Source of the DNA: Leucoraja ocellata
Lineage: Eukaryota
DNA length: 64,000 bases
NCBI GenBank assembly: GCA_036785375.1
Contig: JAWMAR010000485.1
Location: 1,364,001-1,428,000, forward strand
Direction of reading: 5' to 3'
Below, piece after piece: positions 63,101 through 64,000 of this stretch (positions are counted from its first letter, which is position 1; the number at the start of each line of letters is the position of its first letter). The notes below the pieces were generated by a model. It ran no database searches and was not told where the DNA came from. It saw only the letters and a program-made list of their open reading frames with translations. The position numbers were made by a program, and so were the translations under genes.

Positions 63101-63350
63101 GTTTCCTATAAGGCGAGAGGAGAGAAATTTAAAAGTCAATCTTACAAACAGTTTTTCCCCTCAACAGAGAATGATGGTTATATGGACCAAGCTTCTGGAG
63201 GAAGTGGTAGAGGCAGATACAATCACAGCACTTAAAAGGCATTTAGACAGGCACTTGGATAGGAAAGGAACAAGGGGATATGAACCTAATGCAGGTAAGT
63301 GGGATTAGCATAGATTGATCAAAGGGCCCATTTCTGTGCTGCACAACTAT
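60180..63350 (+). mobile_element. Nested CR1 cluster: old copy (about 60180-60900 and 62600-63350) interrupted by a younger copy (about 60900-62590)
   Basis: PLGGNDHNMISF, KYEGKLAKNIKKDSKRFFRY, FQLYKTLVRPH and CR1 tail motifs. Confidence 0.85.
61543..61788. mobile_element. hAT (Charlie-like) MITE(s) inserted in CR1
   Basis: caagggttcccaacc ... ggttgggaacccctg inverted ends, then a second ggttgccggcccctg end. Confidence 0.6.
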
Positions 63351-64000
63351 GATCACAAGCAGCACTATAGTATTCAGGTTATAATCGGTTACCCAGTCAC
63401 CATCCTCATTATCTAGGCATTCATTTCATATTTCACTACTGCACAGTCACTGCTATGTATATCATCTACAACATGTACTGCAGGAACTGGTACAACCTTT
63501 AATGGCACCTCCGAAAAATGACCTTAGTAACTCACATATTGGTAGCAACCACAAAGGAACATTGTAGAGGTAAACAACGATTTATTTTAGACTAGAAGAT
63601 ACCAGAAAGTGGCATACTGTAGAATCAGTATCGGGACCAGTGTAGTTCAACATTTTCTATACCTCTATCCTCTCCCTACAGTTCTGCAAATAATTTCCTT
63701 AGAAATGTACTCAGATTGTCTTTGAACACATTGATGGTACTTCCAGCCATCCTTGGCAGTGCATTGCAGACACTCAACTTCATTCTTTACCTGTCACAAT
63801 TTTATATAACTCCATCAATCAGATTCCTTGTGGCTTCATCTATTCCAATGAGAACACCTCCAGCTTCCCCAGTCTATCCATATAACCACAATTACTCAAC
63901 CTGGAAATTAATTTCACAATCTCTTCTGTGCCACCAACAAAATCCTTCACATCATACCCAAAGAGAAACCCTCAGTTATAACTAAACATTGTTTTATAAA

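Noticed and set aside
59295-64000. First coding exon of KATNB1 (M...WKL)
   Set aside because: No matching frame with a phase-1 donor found; the region is mostly CR1 debris and the exon probably lies beyond the window.

Overview
Vertebrate genomic DNA, most likely a cartilaginous fish (skate/ray-type repeat landscape: V-SINE/HE1-like SINEs, DeuSINE remnants, CR1 LINEs, abundant Penelope-like elements). It holds two convergent, intron-rich genes that I reconstructed exon by exon. On +, a kinesin-14 KIFC3-like gene: 16 coding exons from about 6.3 kb to TAA at 29834-29836, 717 aa if it starts at ATG 6357, with an uncertain 5' end. On -, a katanin p80 gene (KATNB1): 18 coding exons from 59294 to TGA at 33119-33121; its first coding exon was not found and is probably beyond the window. 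All junctions are GT-AG and in phase. Most notable: (1) a family of short Penelope-derived insertions with 10-16 bp TSDs that carry a minimal hammerhead-ribozyme core with covarying stem II and often form fold-back hairpins whose junctions fall inside the ribozyme; (2) a vestigial or cassette duplicate of a kinesin motor exon at 17402; (3) several TE insertions in branch-point zones; (4) an unclassified 518-bp nested palindrome with tRNA-like arms. Comparisons to human proteins and repeat families are from memory, not database searches, and repeat boundaries are approximate unless a TSD is given.
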